The translations under genes and the position numbers were made by a program. A stretch of DNA of 64,000 nt. Source: an uncultured Actinomycetota bacterium (lineage in GTDB: Bacteria; Actinomycetota; Actinomycetes; Prado026). Within the stretch, counting starts at the first letter, position 1, and every line of letters begins with the position of its first letter. The stretch spans positions 3,091 through 67,090 of the forward strand of contig CAWKHA010000002.1 in NCBI GenBank assembly GCA_963849365.1. Reading direction: 5' to 3'. Shown one piece after another: positions 49,149 through 59,249 of this stretch. The notes under the pieces are model-generated. The model saw nothing but the letters and a program-made list of their open reading frames with translations. It ran no database searches and was not told where the DNA came from.

Positions 49149-51719
49149 ATGTCGACAGCGCCAGGTCTGTCGGTCGCCGAAGCCCAGCGCCGGCTCGCAC
49201 TGACGGGTCCCAACCGGATCCCGCAGCGCGGCCGCGTCTCGGTCTGGTCGAGCATCGGGACCCAGCTGCGCGACCCGCTGATCGTCGTGCTCCTGGCCGC
49301 CTGCGCGCTGACCCTGGCGACCGGCGACGTGGCCGACGCGATGGTGATCGCGCTGGTCGTGGTCGTCAACACCGCCGTGGGGGTCAGCCAGGAGGTCAGG
49401 GCCGACCACGCGGTGACGGCCCTGTCCGAGCTGAGCGCGCCGTCGGTCCGGGTCCGGCGCGGGGGCGTCGAGGGGAGGCTGCCGGCCGACGAACTGGTGC
49501 CGGGCGACGTCGTCCTGCTCGGCGAGGGCGACGTCGTCCCGGCCGACGGGGACCTGCTCGAGGCGTCCGGCCTGCTCGTCGACGAGTCGGCCCTCACCGG
49601 GGAGTCGGTCGCCGTCGGCCGGCGCGGCCCGCACGGCGAGGCGGCCGGGGAGACGCTGTCGGCCGGCACCGTGGTGGTCCGGGGTCGCGCGGTGCTGTCG
49701 GTGACCGGGACCGGGGAGTCCAGCGCGCTCGGCCGGATCGCCGCCCTGATGGACTCGCGCGTCCAGCCGACGCCGCTGCAGCGGCGCCTGGTCGGCCTCG
49801 GCCGGACCCTCGCCCTGGTCGCCGTCGCGCTGTGCGCCGTCGTCCTGGTGTCGGGTCTGCTGCGCGGCCAGCCGCTCGAGCTGATGGTCGTCACCGCGAT
49901 CAGCCTCGCCGTCGCGGCCGTACCCGAGTCGCTGCCCGCAGTCGTGACGTTCAGCCTCGCGCTGGGGGCGCGCCGGATGGCCGAACGCAACGCCATCGTC
50001 CGGCGCCTGCCGGCCGTCGAGACGCTGGGGTCGGTGACGGTGCTCGCGACCGACAAGACCGGCACCCTGACCCAGGGGCGCATGGCGGTCCGCGAGCTGT
50101 GGACTCCCGAACGCGTCGTGGCGGTGTCCGGGGACGGGGACGGCCCGCGTGGCGAGCTGGTCAGCGCCGGCCGCACCCTGGACGCGGCGGACACGCCGGA
50201 CGTCGTCGCCCTGTTGCGGGCCGCTGCGCTGTGCAACGACGCCACGCTCGTCGTACCGAGCCGTCCGGGCGGGCGCTGGGAAGGCCTCGGTGACCCGACC
50301 GAGGTCGCGTTGCTCGCGGCGGCCGGGAAGATCGGCCTGACCAGGCCGGGCCTCGAGCAGGACTACCCGCGGGTGCGCGAGGTGCCGTTCGACAGCCTCG
50401 CCCGGCGCATGACGACGGTGCACCGGATCCCGGGAGCCGGGCCGGAGCGCCTGCTCGTGGTCACGAAGGGCTCACCGGAGACACTCTGCGACGGCGGCGA
50501 GGGTGGCCGGCAGGGGCCGGTTCGCGCAGAGGCGCTGCGAAGGGCGGCCCAGCTGGCCGACCGCGGCTTCCGGGTGCTCGCCGTCGCCCGTGGGTTGGTG
50601 GCGGCCGGGTCGCCCTGGCAGGACGCCGAGCTGGAGCTGCTGGGCCTGGTCGCGATGGAGGACCCGGCCAAGCCCGCGGCCCGGGCCACCGTCCTGGCCT
50701 GTACGGATGCGGGCGTGATCCCGGTCCTGATCACCGGCGACCATCTCGCCACGGCCCAGGCCATGGCGGTCCGCGTCGGCGTGCTGAGCGATGCCACGGC
50801 AGGCCGGCCCGACCTGGTTGTGACGGGCGAGCAGGTCACCTCCGGCGAGGTCCCCGACCTGACCGTCCCACGGGTGTTCGCGCGCACGAACCCGGCACAG
50901 AAGCTCGACATCATCCAGGCCTGGAAGGACCGCGGAGCGGTGGTGGCCATGACCGGCGACGGGGTGAACGACGGTCCCGCGCTGCGGCGGGCCGACATCG
51001 GGGTGGCGATGGGGCATCGCGGGACCGAGGTCGCCCGGCAGGCTGCGGACCTCGTCCTCGCCGACGACGAGCTGGGGACCGTGGTGGCGGCGGTCGAAGA
51101 GGGCCGCCGCGTCTACGCGAACATCCGACGGTTCCTCGTGTTCGGCCTGTCGGGGGGCGCCGCCGAGATCCTGCTGATGCTGCTGGGACCGTTCGTGGGA
51201 CTCACCCTGCCGCTGCTGGCGGCCCAGATCCTGTGGATCAACCTGCTGACGCACGGGCTGACCGGGGTCGCGCTGGGAGCCGAACCGGCCGAGCCCGGCC
51301 TCATGCGGCGACCGCCGCGCCCGCCTGAGCAGAGCGTGCTGGGGGACGGGCTGTGGGGGCGCGTCCTCGTCCTCGGCGCCATCCTGACCGTGACCTGTCT
51401 CGGGCTGGGCGTGTGGGCCCACGACAGCGGGCGGGCGTGGCAGACCATGGTGTTCGTCGCGCTCACCAGCCTCCAGCTGGGTGTCGCGGTCGGGCTGCGG
51501 CCACGGCTGCTGACGGCACAGAACCCGCTGCTCCCTGCGGCCGTCGGAGGCGCCCTGCTGCTGGCGCTGGCCGGTGTCTACGTGCCGGCGCTCAGCGACC
51601 TGCTCGGCACGACCGCGCTCCCCTGGGCCGACACCCTGCTCGCGGTCGGCACCGGGCTGGTCGGCTGGTGCGCGGTGCGGCTGCCGACGCTTGCGCGGGT
51701 CGGGCGACCGGCCAGCTAG
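49149..51719 (+). CDS. Cation-transporting P-type ATPase (type IIA/CtpF-like)
   Basis: DESALTGES, AVPESL, DKTGTLT, TGDH, TGDGVNDGPAL and QILWINL. Confidence 0.95.
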   Translation: MSTAPGLSVAEAQRRLALTGPNRIPQRGRVSVWSSIGTQLRDPLIVVLLAACALTLATGDVADAMVIALVVVVNTAVGVSQEVRADHAVTALSELSAPSVRVRRGGVEGRLPADELVPGDVVLLGEGDVVPADGDLLEASGLLVDESALTGESVAVGRRGPHGEAAGETLSAGTVVVRGRAVLSVTGTGESSALGRIAALMDSRVQPTPLQRRLVGLGRTLALVAVALCAVVLVSGLLRGQPLELMVVTAISLAVAAVPESLPAVVTFSLALGARRMAERNAIVRRLPAVETLGSVTVLATDKTGTLTQGRMAVRELWTPERVVAVSGDGDGPRGELVSAGRTLDAADTPDVVALLRAAALCNDATLVVPSRPGGRWEGLGDPTEVALLAAAGKIGLTRPGLEQDYPRVREVPFDSLARRMTTVHRIPGAGPERLLVVTKGSPETLCDGGEGGRQGPVRAEALRRAAQLADRGFRVLAVARGLVAAGSPWQDAELELLGLVAMEDPAKPAARATVLACTDAGVIPVLITGDHLATAQAMAVRVGVLSDATAGRPDLVVTGEQVTSGEVPDLTVPRVFARTNPAQKLDIIQAWKDRGAVVAMTGDGVNDGPALRRADIGVAMGHRGTEVARQAADLVLADDELGTVVAAVEEGRRVYANIRRFLVFGLSGGAAEILLMLLGPFVGLTLPLLAAQILWINLLTHGLTGVALGAEPAEPGLMRRPPRPPEQSVLGDGLWGRVLVLGAILTVTCLGLGVWAHDSGRAWQTMVFVALTSLQLGVAVGLRPRLLTAQNPLLPAAVGGALLLALAGVYVPALSDLLGTTALPWADTLLAVGTGLVGWCAVRLPTLARVGRPAS

Positions 51720-52606
51720 GGCGACGCAGTCGCGCCGCTGCAGGTCGCCGGCTGGGCCCGGACCCAGTCCCGGATGGTCGTCGCGATGACGCCCGGCTGG
51801 TAGACGGTCTGGTGTGTCGCGCCCGGGACGACGACCACGCGCACGGGATGCCCGGCCCGGGCGAGCTGCCGCGCGAAGGCCGTCGTGAACGAGACCGGCA
51901 CCTGGTCGTCGCTGTCGCCGTGCGCCAGCAGGACGGCCAGCGGGCACGGGCGCAGCCGTTCGCCCACCCAGGTCGCCGGGTCGGCCTGGTGCCACAGATC
52001 GGGCCGCTCCTCGGGTGACGCGCCGATCAACGGCTGTGCCAGGTCCGACAGCGCGGCCACGTCGTACGCGCCGGCCAGCCCCACCAGCCCGTCGACGCTC
52101 GTCGCGGGGTCCGGGCAGCGGCCCCCGAGCTGCCGGCCGGCCAGTGCCGCGAGGGCCGCGAGGTGCGCACCGGACGAGTGCCCCACCAGGATCACCGGTC
52201 CAGGAGCGATCCCGGCTGCGCGCGCTCGCGCCACCGCGAAGTCGGCGGCACAGACGATGTCCTGCACCGGAGTCGGGAACCGCACGCCGTCGGCCGCTGC
52301 CCGGTACGTCGCGTTCACGACCACCATGCCGTCGCCCGCCAGCGTGTCCGCCAGCGGGGCGAGTCCCGCCCGGTCGGCCGTCTGCCATCCGCCGCCGGGC
52401 ACCAGCACCACGACGGGGGCCGCAGCCGAGCGGGCCGGCAGGTAGAGGTCGGCCGCCACCCCGGGGAGGTAGTGCTCGGTCCCGGCCAGGTGCTGCGCGG
52501 GCGGCCCGTCGGTCGCCGGACGCGTCAGGCGCCAGACCGCGACCGCCAGCACCAGCAGGCCGGTGGCGGCCAGCGCCATGCGTCGACCGGGCCGCCGCAC
52601 GGTCAC
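51716..52606 (-). CDS. Secreted or membrane-anchored alpha/beta hydrolase (esterase-like)
   Basis: N-terminal TM; PGGGW oxyanion motif, GHSSG nucleophile, HG..D..V and terminal His; GTGA overlap with the upstream gene. Confidence 0.85.
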   Translation of the reverse strand: MTVRRPGRRMALAATGLLVLAVAVWRLTRPATDGPPAQHLAGTEHYLPGVAADLYLPARSAAAPVVVLVPGGGWQTADRAGLAPLADTLAGDGMVVVNATYRAAADGVRFPTPVQDIVCAADFAVARARAAGIAPGPVILVGHSSGAHLAALAALAGRQLGGRCPDPATSVDGLVGLAGAYDVAALSDLAQPLIGASPEERPDLWHQADPATWVGERLRPCPLAVLLAHGDSDDQVPVSFTTAFARQLARAGHPVRVVVVPGATHQTVYQPGVIATTIRDWVRAQPATCSGATASP

Positions 52607-53022
52607 ACGGACGTCAGCCGGTGGCCGGTGGCGTCCTGGGTCGACGTGGCGGCGAGCTGCGTCGGCCGCGCGACCATGTGCCGGACGGTCGCGCCGAACC
52701 ACAGCAGCACGGTGGACACCACGAGCACGGTCAGTGCCGCCTCGCTCGCGGTCACGAGCGCCATCACGGCCGCCACCAGGGCCACGGCGCCGATCGCCGT
52801 GAGCACGGCGACGAGCAGCGGAGACGTCTGCTTGCGCGTATACGCGTCGCCGACCCCGCTGAGGGCGCACCCGCCGACCCAGCCGAGCGCGAGGACGACG
52901 CCTGCCGTCCCGCGCACGCTGCCGAGGAACGGCAGGTCCGCGCCCTGGAGGAAGGCGACGTACACCCCCACCACCGCACCCGTGAAGAGCGTCGCTGCGA
53001 GATCCTTGCCGGTCAGCCTCAT
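52603..53022 (-). CDS. Hypothetical four-TM membrane protein
   Basis: Four hydrophobic segments ending LWFGATVRH; upstream box GAGCCGAAAGTCAC at 53086-53099 with GACGCT at 53057-53062. Confidence 0.7.
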   Translation of the reverse strand: MRLTGKDLAATLFTGAVVGVYVAFLQGADLPFLGSVRGTAGVVLALGWVGGCALSGVGDAYTRKQTSPLLVAVLTAIGAVALVAAVMALVTASEAALTVLVVSTVLLWFGATVRHMVARPTQLAATSTQDATGHRLTSV

Positions 53023-53113
53023 CACCACCGCCCCCTCATGGACAGGACATGGAGCCAGCGTCACCGGGCCGGGGCGCCGCGCACAGAGCCGAAAGTCACG
53101 GCACCCGACGGCC

Positions 53114-54520
53114 TCACGGGCAGGTCGCCCCAGCGCAGGTGCGGGCGACGGCGAGCTGGGCGGCGACCGTCGCGAGACGGGCAGCCGAGGGGTTGTCCGC
53201 GTCGGCGTCCCTGAGCAGGTTGCGGTTCTCGCCGGGGTCGGCGTCGAGGTCGTAGTACTCCTTGAACGCGACCGCCCCGGTTGAGCTGTACGTCTCGATG
53301 TACGCGAAGTGCATGTCGTGGATCTGCGCCCAGTCGGGCACCTTGCCGTTGGCGGGGTAGTCGTACCAGTACTCGTTCAGCTCGTACGGCCTGGCGACGT
53401 GGGCCAGCAGGGAGTGCCCGTCGATGACGACCGAGGCCGCCGGGGCGGTCCCGGTGGCCGCGTAGATCGTGGCGGCCAGGTCGACGTTGGACACCAGGTC
53501 GGTGTTCGTGACCGCGGGCAGGTGCCCGTCCCAGCGGATGAACAGCGGCACGTTCACCGACGGCAGGTAGGGCACGAACTTGGACGTGCGGTTGTGCTCG
53601 CCCCACATCGTGCCGTTGTCGCTCCACAGGACGACCATCGTGCTGGCGAGCTGGCCGGACGCCTGCAGCGTCGTCATCATCCGGTCGATCTGGACGTCCA
53701 CGCTCATCAGCGCCCGCAGCTGGCTCTCGCACAGTGCCTCGGACTGCGCCACGGTCTTGGGCGCCCACTTAACGTAGGGCGGCATGTCGGACACATCGGG
53801 GTCGTGCGGGATCGCGCACTGGCGGACCGGAGCGTTCGCATACTTCGCCTCCGGGAGCGCCAGGCCGTCGGCCTGCGGGTGCGGGGCGTGGAAGGCCACG
53901 TACTCGTACCACTGCCGGCCCTGGGCGTCGGTCGTCAGCGCCCGCAGGTACTGCACGGCGATGTTGCCGGTGCTGGTGGTGGCGTAGCCGGGCAGCTTGG
54001 CCACCTTCCCCTGCACGTTCGCCTGCGGGGTGTTGTACGCGGCGCTCTGCCACATCGAGTACCGGTCGAAGTCGTTGGGAGCCTTGTTCAGCGGCCAGTT
54101 GTGCAGGTACTTGCCGACCAGCGCGGTCTGGTAGCCGGCCTGGTGCAGCACGTGCTGCACGGTCGTGTCCAGGTTCACTCTCGCGACGTCCTGCTGGTGC
54201 CGCATCCCGTTGTTGTGGTCGTACTGGCCGGTCATGCCCGCGGCCCGCGAGGGACAGCAGGACGGCGTCGACACATCCGCGTACGCGAAGAAGGTCCCCG
54301 GTGCGAACCACTGCACCGTCTTGGGCATGTACGCGGCCATCCGCGCCAGCGTGTCGTCCCGCATGTCGTCGAGCACGATGTTGAGGACGTTGGCACGAAC
54401 CGGCGCGGCCACCGGCGCGCTCGCGGCTGTAGCCGGCCCACCGGATGTCGCCACGGCGAACGAGCCGAGCAGTCCAAGGGCCACGATCATGACGGTTCGC
54501 TGCATGCGTCTGCGGGCCAC
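53114..54520 (-). CDS. Secreted formylglycine-type sulfatase
   Basis: Signal peptide; NVL.I..DDMR, CCPSR...TG.Y.HN, GY.T...GKYL, APH and SDNG...GEH. Confidence 0.92.
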   Translation of the reverse strand: MARRRMQRTVMIVALGLLGSFAVATSGGPATAASAPVAAPVRANVLNIVLDDMRDDTLARMAAYMPKTVQWFAPGTFFAYADVSTPSCCPSRAAGMTGQYDHNNGMRHQQDVARVNLDTTVQHVLHQAGYQTALVGKYLHNWPLNKAPNDFDRYSMWQSAAYNTPQANVQGKVAKLPGYATTSTGNIAVQYLRALTTDAQGRQWYEYVAFHAPHPQADGLALPEAKYANAPVRQCAIPHDPDVSDMPPYVKWAPKTVAQSEALCESQLRALMSVDVQIDRMMTTLQASGQLASTMVVLWSDNGTMWGEHNRTSKFVPYLPSVNVPLFIRWDGHLPAVTNTDLVSNVDLAATIYAATGTAPAASVVIDGHSLLAHVARPYELNEYWYDYPANGKVPDWAQIHDMHFAYIETYSSTGAVAFKEYYDLDADPGENRNLLRDADADNPSAARLATVAAQLAVARTCAGATCP

Positions 54521-54566
54521 CGCAACTCCTGACTCAGGCCGCTCCGAGCGGGGCGTCGCCGTGAAC

Positions 54567-55436
54567 CTAGGCCGGGCCGGAACCGTTCGCGAGGGTCTTT
54601 CGTCCCGGAGCCCGGACCACGGCGACCGGGCTCTCGGCGTGGTGCAGCAGCGCGTGCGTGACCGACCCCAACAGCACCGCGCGCGGGCCTCCGAGGCCGC
54701 GCGTGCCCATGACGATCAGCTCGGCACCGGCGGAGGCCGCCACCAGTGCGCGCGTCGCCGAGTCCCGGACCGGGCGCTCGCGCACGTCGACCTCGTCGTA
54801 CTTGTCGGTCCAGGCCGACAGCCAGCCGGACAGCCGCAGCGCGGCCTCGCGCTCGTCGTCGCCGTCCCAGGCGTGCACGGCGGTGAGCCCGCACCCGCGC
54901 AGCGCTGCCTCGCCGAACGCGAAGCCGAGCGCCTCCTCCGCACCCGCCGACCCGTCGACGCCGACGACCACGCGGCCGGCCTCTGGTCCCGGCTGGCAGT
55001 AGTAGCTGGACCGGACGACGACGACCGGACACGCTGCGTGGGCGGCCAGCTGCAGGCTGGTCGAACCGACCAGCAGCTCGGCGAGAGTGCCCAGACCGCG
55101 GCAGCCGACCACGCCCATCTGGGCGCCGTCCATGACCTCGAGCAGGGAGGGCACCGTCGGTCCGGTGACCGCGGCCGCCTCGGCCTCGACCCCCGGCGCG
55201 TCCGTTCGGGCCTGGCGCAACGCGTCGGCGAGCAGCCCTTCGTCTTCCCGCTGCAGCAGTTCCGGGTCGGGTTCCACCTGCGTCACGAAGCCCGCGACCG
55301 CGGCAGTGGCCGTGTACCCCGCGTGCGCGATGAGCAGCGGGGCGTGCCGGCCCTCCGCCGCGCGGGCGGCCCAGGTCAGCGCGAGCCGGCTGGAGTACGA
55401 GCCGTCGTAGCCGACCACGACGCGTCCGGTCACCAT
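54567..55436 (-). CDS. Tandem-domain universal stress protein (second domain shortened)
   Basis: VVVGYDGS...G.RGLG...ELLVGS and VVVGVDGS...GTRGLGG...LLGSV; GGGAGG RBS. Confidence 0.92.
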   Translation of the reverse strand: MVTGRVVVGYDGSYSSRLALTWAARAAEGRHAPLLIAHAGYTATAAVAGFVTQVEPDPELLQREDEGLLADALRQARTDAPGVEAEAAAVTGPTVPSLLEVMDGAQMGVVGCRGLGTLAELLVGSTSLQLAAHAACPVVVVRSSYYCQPGPEAGRVVVGVDGSAGAEEALGFAFGEAALRGCGLTAVHAWDGDDEREAALRLSGWLSAWTDKYDEVDVRERPVRDSATRALVAASAGAELIVMGTRGLGGPRAVLLGSVTHALLHHAESPVAVVRAPGRKTLANGSGPA

Positions 55437-55498
55437 CGCGTCCTCCCGTCGATCGGTCCGTCGGTCCGGCCCGCCAGCCGGACCGACGGACGTACTCC

Positions 55499-55570
55499 AC
55501 GTTCCCCCGCCGCGCCGTCCAGGGGCAGGGACCAACGGCCCTGTCCGGACCGGGCCGGCGGCATGAGGCT
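55499..55570. promoter_or_regulatory. Bidirectional DosR-like promoter between two USP genes
   Basis: GGGACCAACGGCCC at 55528-55541; GAACGT (minus, 55499-55504) and GAGGCT (plus, 55565-55570), each 23 nt from the box. Confidence 0.72.
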
Positions 55571-55612
55571 GGAGTCGTCAGGAGTGCGGCGCGTTCCGCG
55601 TGGGAGGCGGCC

Positions 55613-56512
55613 ATGGACGCCAGAGTGATCGTCGTCGGCTACGACGGGTCCCAGAGCAGCGTGCACGCCCTCGACTGGGCGTTGGACGCCGCTCGGCGGC
55701 GTGGCCTGTCCGTGCGCATCGTGCATGCGGCGCACCCGTACGTGGAGCCCTACCCGGCGTGGGGCGGTTACGCCGGTCCGAGCCCGCAGGCCCTGATGAC
55801 CGCCGCCGAGCACACGCTGGCCCGCGGCCTGTCGTACGCGAGCAAGCGGGCACCGCTGCTGCCCGTCGAGACGCGCCTGGTCACCTCAGGGGTGACTGCC
55901 GCGCTCATGGCCGAGCCGGACACGACCGAGCTGATCGTGGTCGGGTCCCGGGGGCTCGAGGGTCTCGGCGAGCTGCTCATGGGGTCGACCGGGATCCAGC
56001 TGGCGATGCACGCGCCCTGCCCCGTCGTGGTCGTCCGCCCGCACGACACGGACGCCGAACCGGGCCCCGACGCCGGCCGCGTCGTGGTCGGGGTGGACGG
56101 TTCGACGCTGTCCGAGGACGCCCTCGCGTTCGCGTTCGACGAGGCGGCGGCACGCGGGTGCGGGCTGACCGCCATCCACGCATGGCGGATCCCGTACTAC
56201 GAGGTCCCCGGCCACGGCGCCCCGATCCCGGCCAGCGTCATCGACACCGAGTTCCGCGGAGACGAGCTGCGTTCCCTCAGTGACGCCCTGGCGACATGGC
56301 GGGAGAAGCACCCCCTCGTCGAAGTGCGCAACATCGTCGTCCACGCGGACGCGGCATCCGCCCTCGTGGCGGCCTCGTCCGGTGCGGAGCTGCTGGTGGT
56401 GGGCTCGCGCGGTCGCGGTGGATTCCGCAGCCTGCTGCTCGGTTCCGTCAGCCATGCGGTGCTGCACCACGCGCACTGCCCAGTAGCCATCGTCCGGCCG
56501 ACCAAGACCTGA
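55613..56512 (+). CDS. Tandem-domain universal stress protein
   Basis: IVVGYDGS and VVVGVDGS...GSRGRGGFRSLLLGSVS...HCPVAIV. Confidence 0.95.
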   Translation: MDARVIVVGYDGSQSSVHALDWALDAARRRGLSVRIVHAAHPYVEPYPAWGGYAGPSPQALMTAAEHTLARGLSYASKRAPLLPVETRLVTSGVTAALMAEPDTTELIVVGSRGLEGLGELLMGSTGIQLAMHAPCPVVVVRPHDTDAEPGPDAGRVVVGVDGSTLSEDALAFAFDEAAARGCGLTAIHAWRIPYYEVPGHGAPIPASVIDTEFRGDELRSLSDALATWREKHPLVEVRNIVVHADAASALVAASSGAELLVVGSRGRGGFRSLLLGSVSHAVLHHAHCPVAIVRPTKT

Positions 56513-56558
56513 CGTCCGGAGCACGGGCCGGGAACGGCCCAGACAAGAGGCGATACTC

Positions 56559-57974
56559 ATGACTACGCTCACCAGACCGCCGATCGCCGGGACCGCGGCG
56601 CCGACCAAGGGTGCCGGCGGCCTCGGTCTACCCTCGGCGACCGCGCTGGTCATCGGCAGCATCATCGGTACCGGCGTCTTCACCATGCCGGCCGTGATGG
56701 CCGGCGCCGGCACCATCTCCATCATCACCCTCGGCGTCATCTCGGTCTGCGCGGTGCTGCTGGGCATCATGTTCGGTCAGCTCACCAAGCGGATCCCGAC
56801 CAGCGACGGCGGACTGTACGCCTACGCCAGGCACGAGTTCGGCGACTTCGCCGGCTTCCTGACCGCGTGGTGCTACTGGATCACCTGCTGGGCCGGCAAC
56901 GCCGCGATCGTCTCGTCGTGGGTGCTGTACGTCGAGTCTCTGTTCGACCTGCGGCCCACCACGGCGACCAACCTGCTGATCGCGATGACCGGCCTGTGGA
57001 TCCCGGCCGTCGTCAACCTCGGTGGCATCCGGGGGATGGCCTGGTTCCAGAACGTCACCGTGATCCTGAAGTACATCCCGCTCCTGCTCGTGGGTGTCAT
57101 CGGCTGGTTCTTCGTCAGCTCGGCGAACTTCCCGCCGTTCAACGCCTCCGGCGGCAGCCTCTGGGACGCCGTCTCCATCGCGGCGGGCGTCGCGCTGTTC
57201 TCCTTCATCGGTGTCGAGTGCGCGGCGATCGCGGCCGGACGGGTCAGGAACCCGCGGCTCAACGTCGGCCGTGCGTCGACGATCGGTACCGCCCTGAGCG
57301 CCTTCGTGTACCTCGCGGTCACCGCCGCGGTCATGGGCCTCGTGCCGCACGACTCGCTGGTCAACGACGGCGCGCCGTTCGTCGCGGCGTTCCAGACGAT
57401 GTTCGGCACGGCCGCGTGGGTCGGCAAGGGCGTCGCCCTGGTGGCCGTCATCTCCGGCATCGGTGCCCTCAACGGCTGGACGATGGTGACGGCCGAGATG
57501 CCGTTCGCCGCGGCCAAGGACGGGCTGTTCCCCAAGCAGTTCGCCCTGCTCAACCGGCGCCAGGCACCGTGGTTCGGCATCGTCGTCTCGACGGTCGTCG
57601 CCTCGCTGCTGATGTTCTACAGCTACGCCGGTGGCACGCTGGGCCTGAAGGTCTTCACGTACCTCGTCTCGCTGTCCGTGGTGACCGTCGCCATCCCGTA
57701 CTTCTTCTCCGCTGCAGCGCAGCTGACCTACCTGGTCTCCCGGCGCCGCACGGTGAACGGTGCGCGGCTGGCCCGTGACCTGGCGATCGCGACGTCCAGC
57801 CTGCTCTTCTCCCTGTGGGTGACGGCGGCGTCCGGCTACCAGGCCGTCTACCAGGCAGTGCTCCTGCTCCTGGTCGGGCTTCCGATCTACGCCTTCATCA
57901 AGGCGGCCCGCGAGCGGCAGGGCCTGGCACCCGAGCCGGTCGAGTACGTGGCCGAAAGGCGGATCACCGTGTGA
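56559..57974 (+). CDS. APC-family amino acid permease (ArcD/PotE-like antiporter)
   Basis: [14 protein letters not shown]...FG.F.GF, FSFIGVE and NP..N...A; about 12 TM segments; precedes arcA. Confidence 0.9.
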   Translation: MTTLTRPPIAGTAAPTKGAGGLGLPSATALVIGSIIGTGVFTMPAVMAGAGTISIITLGVISVCAVLLGIMFGQLTKRIPTSDGGLYAYARHEFGDFAGFLTAWCYWITCWAGNAAIVSSWVLYVESLFDLRPTTATNLLIAMTGLWIPAVVNLGGIRGMAWFQNVTVILKYIPLLLVGVIGWFFVSSANFPPFNASGGSLWDAVSIAAGVALFSFIGVECAAIAAGRVRNPRLNVGRASTIGTALSAFVYLAVTAAVMGLVPHDSLVNDGAPFVAAFQTMFGTAAWVGKGVALVAVISGIGALNGWTMVTAEMPFAAAKDGLFPKQFALLNRRQAPWFGIVVSTVVASLLMFYSYAGGTLGLKVFTYLVSLSVVTVAIPYFFSAAAQLTYLVSRRRTVNGARLARDLAIATSSLLFSLWVTAASGYQAVYQAVLLLLVGLPIYAFIKAARERQGLAPEPVEYVAERRITV

Positions 57975-57985
57975 GCGACCAAGCC

Positions 57986-59242
57986 ATGACGACCTCGGCG
58001 CAGCTCGGCGTCCACTCCGAAGTGGGCCGGCTGCGCCAGGTCGTCGTGCACCGTCCGGGGCTCGAGCTGACCCGGCTGACCCCGGCCAACGTCCACGACC
58101 TGCTCTTCGACGACGTCCTGTGGACCGAGCGGGCACGCGAGGAGCACGACGCCTTCGCCGGCGTGCTCACCACCCGCGGCGTCACCGTGCACCACTTCGG
58201 CGACCTTTTCGCCCAGACCCTGGCGATCGACGAGGCCCGCCGGTTCGTCCTCGACCGGATCCTCACCCCGGAACAGTTCGGCCCGGCCCTCGTGCCCGAC
58301 CTGCGCCGCCTGTTCGACGACGCCGACCCGGCACTGCTCGCGGACTACCTGGTCGGCGGCATCGTCAAGGCCGACCTGTCGCCGCTGCGGGTCGGCAGCC
58401 TGCGCTGGCAGGACCTCGACCTGGACGACTTCGTGCTGCCGCCCCTGCCCAACACGATGTTCACCAGGGACAGCTCCGCCTGGTTGTACGAAGGCGTCAG
58501 CATCAACCCGATGGCCATGCAGGCCCGCCGCCGCGAGACCCTGCACGCCCGGGTCGTCTACGCGTTCCACCCGCTGTTCGCCGGCCAGAAGTTCCACCGG
58601 TACTACGGCGACGACGACCTCCCGCACCAGCCGGCCAGCATCGAGGGTGGCGACGTCGCCCCGCTCGGCCGGGGCCTGGTCGTGGTGGGGATGGGCGAGC
58701 GCACCACACCGCAGGCCGTCGAGATCCTCTCCCGGGCGCTCTTCGCGGCCGGTCAGGCCGATCGGGTGCTCGCGGTCCGGCTGCCCAAGTCGCATGCCTT
58801 CATGCATCTCGACACGATCATGACCATGGTCGACCGGGAGACCGTCGTGTTCTACCCCTACCTCGACCCGGACAGCATGGCCGTGTGGTCGGTGACGCCG
58901 GCCGACCCGGACGAGCGCGGTTTCCACGACACCGGCGGCCTGCACATCTCGCGGGCGGACGGACTGTTCGCAGCCATCGCGGAGGGCCTCGGCGTGGTGC
59001 GGCTGCGCGTCCTGACCGCGGACGACGACCTGCGCGCCGCCCAGCGCGAGCAGTGGAACGACGCGAACAACTACCTGGCGCTGGAGCCGGGCGTCGTCGT
59101 CGGCTACGACCGGAACGTCGTCACGAACACCCTGCTGCGCCGCAACCGGATCGAGGTCATCACCATCTCGGGCAGCGAGCTCGGCCGCGGACGCGGCGGC
59201 TCGCACTGCATGAGCTGCCCGATCCAGCGCGACCCGATCTAG
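57986..59242 (+). CDS. arcA: Arginine deiminase
   Basis: [51 protein letters not shown] and [17 protein letters not shown] 57971 is an alternative start. Confidence 0.96.
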   Translation: MTTSAQLGVHSEVGRLRQVVVHRPGLELTRLTPANVHDLLFDDVLWTERAREEHDAFAGVLTTRGVTVHHFGDLFAQTLAIDEARRFVLDRILTPEQFGPALVPDLRRLFDDADPALLADYLVGGIVKADLSPLRVGSLRWQDLDLDDFVLPPLPNTMFTRDSSAWLYEGVSINPMAMQARRRETLHARVVYAFHPLFAGQKFHRYYGDDDLPHQPASIEGGDVAPLGRGLVVVGMGERTTPQAVEILSRALFAAGQADRVLAVRLPKSHAFMHLDTIMTMVDRETVVFYPYLDPDSMAVWSVTPADPDERGFHDTGGLHISRADGLFAAIAEGLGVVRLRVLTADDDLRAAQREQWNDANNYLALEPGVVVGYDRNVVTNTLLRRNRIEVITISGSELGRGRGGSHCMSCPIQRDPI

Positions 59243-59249
59243 CTAGCAC

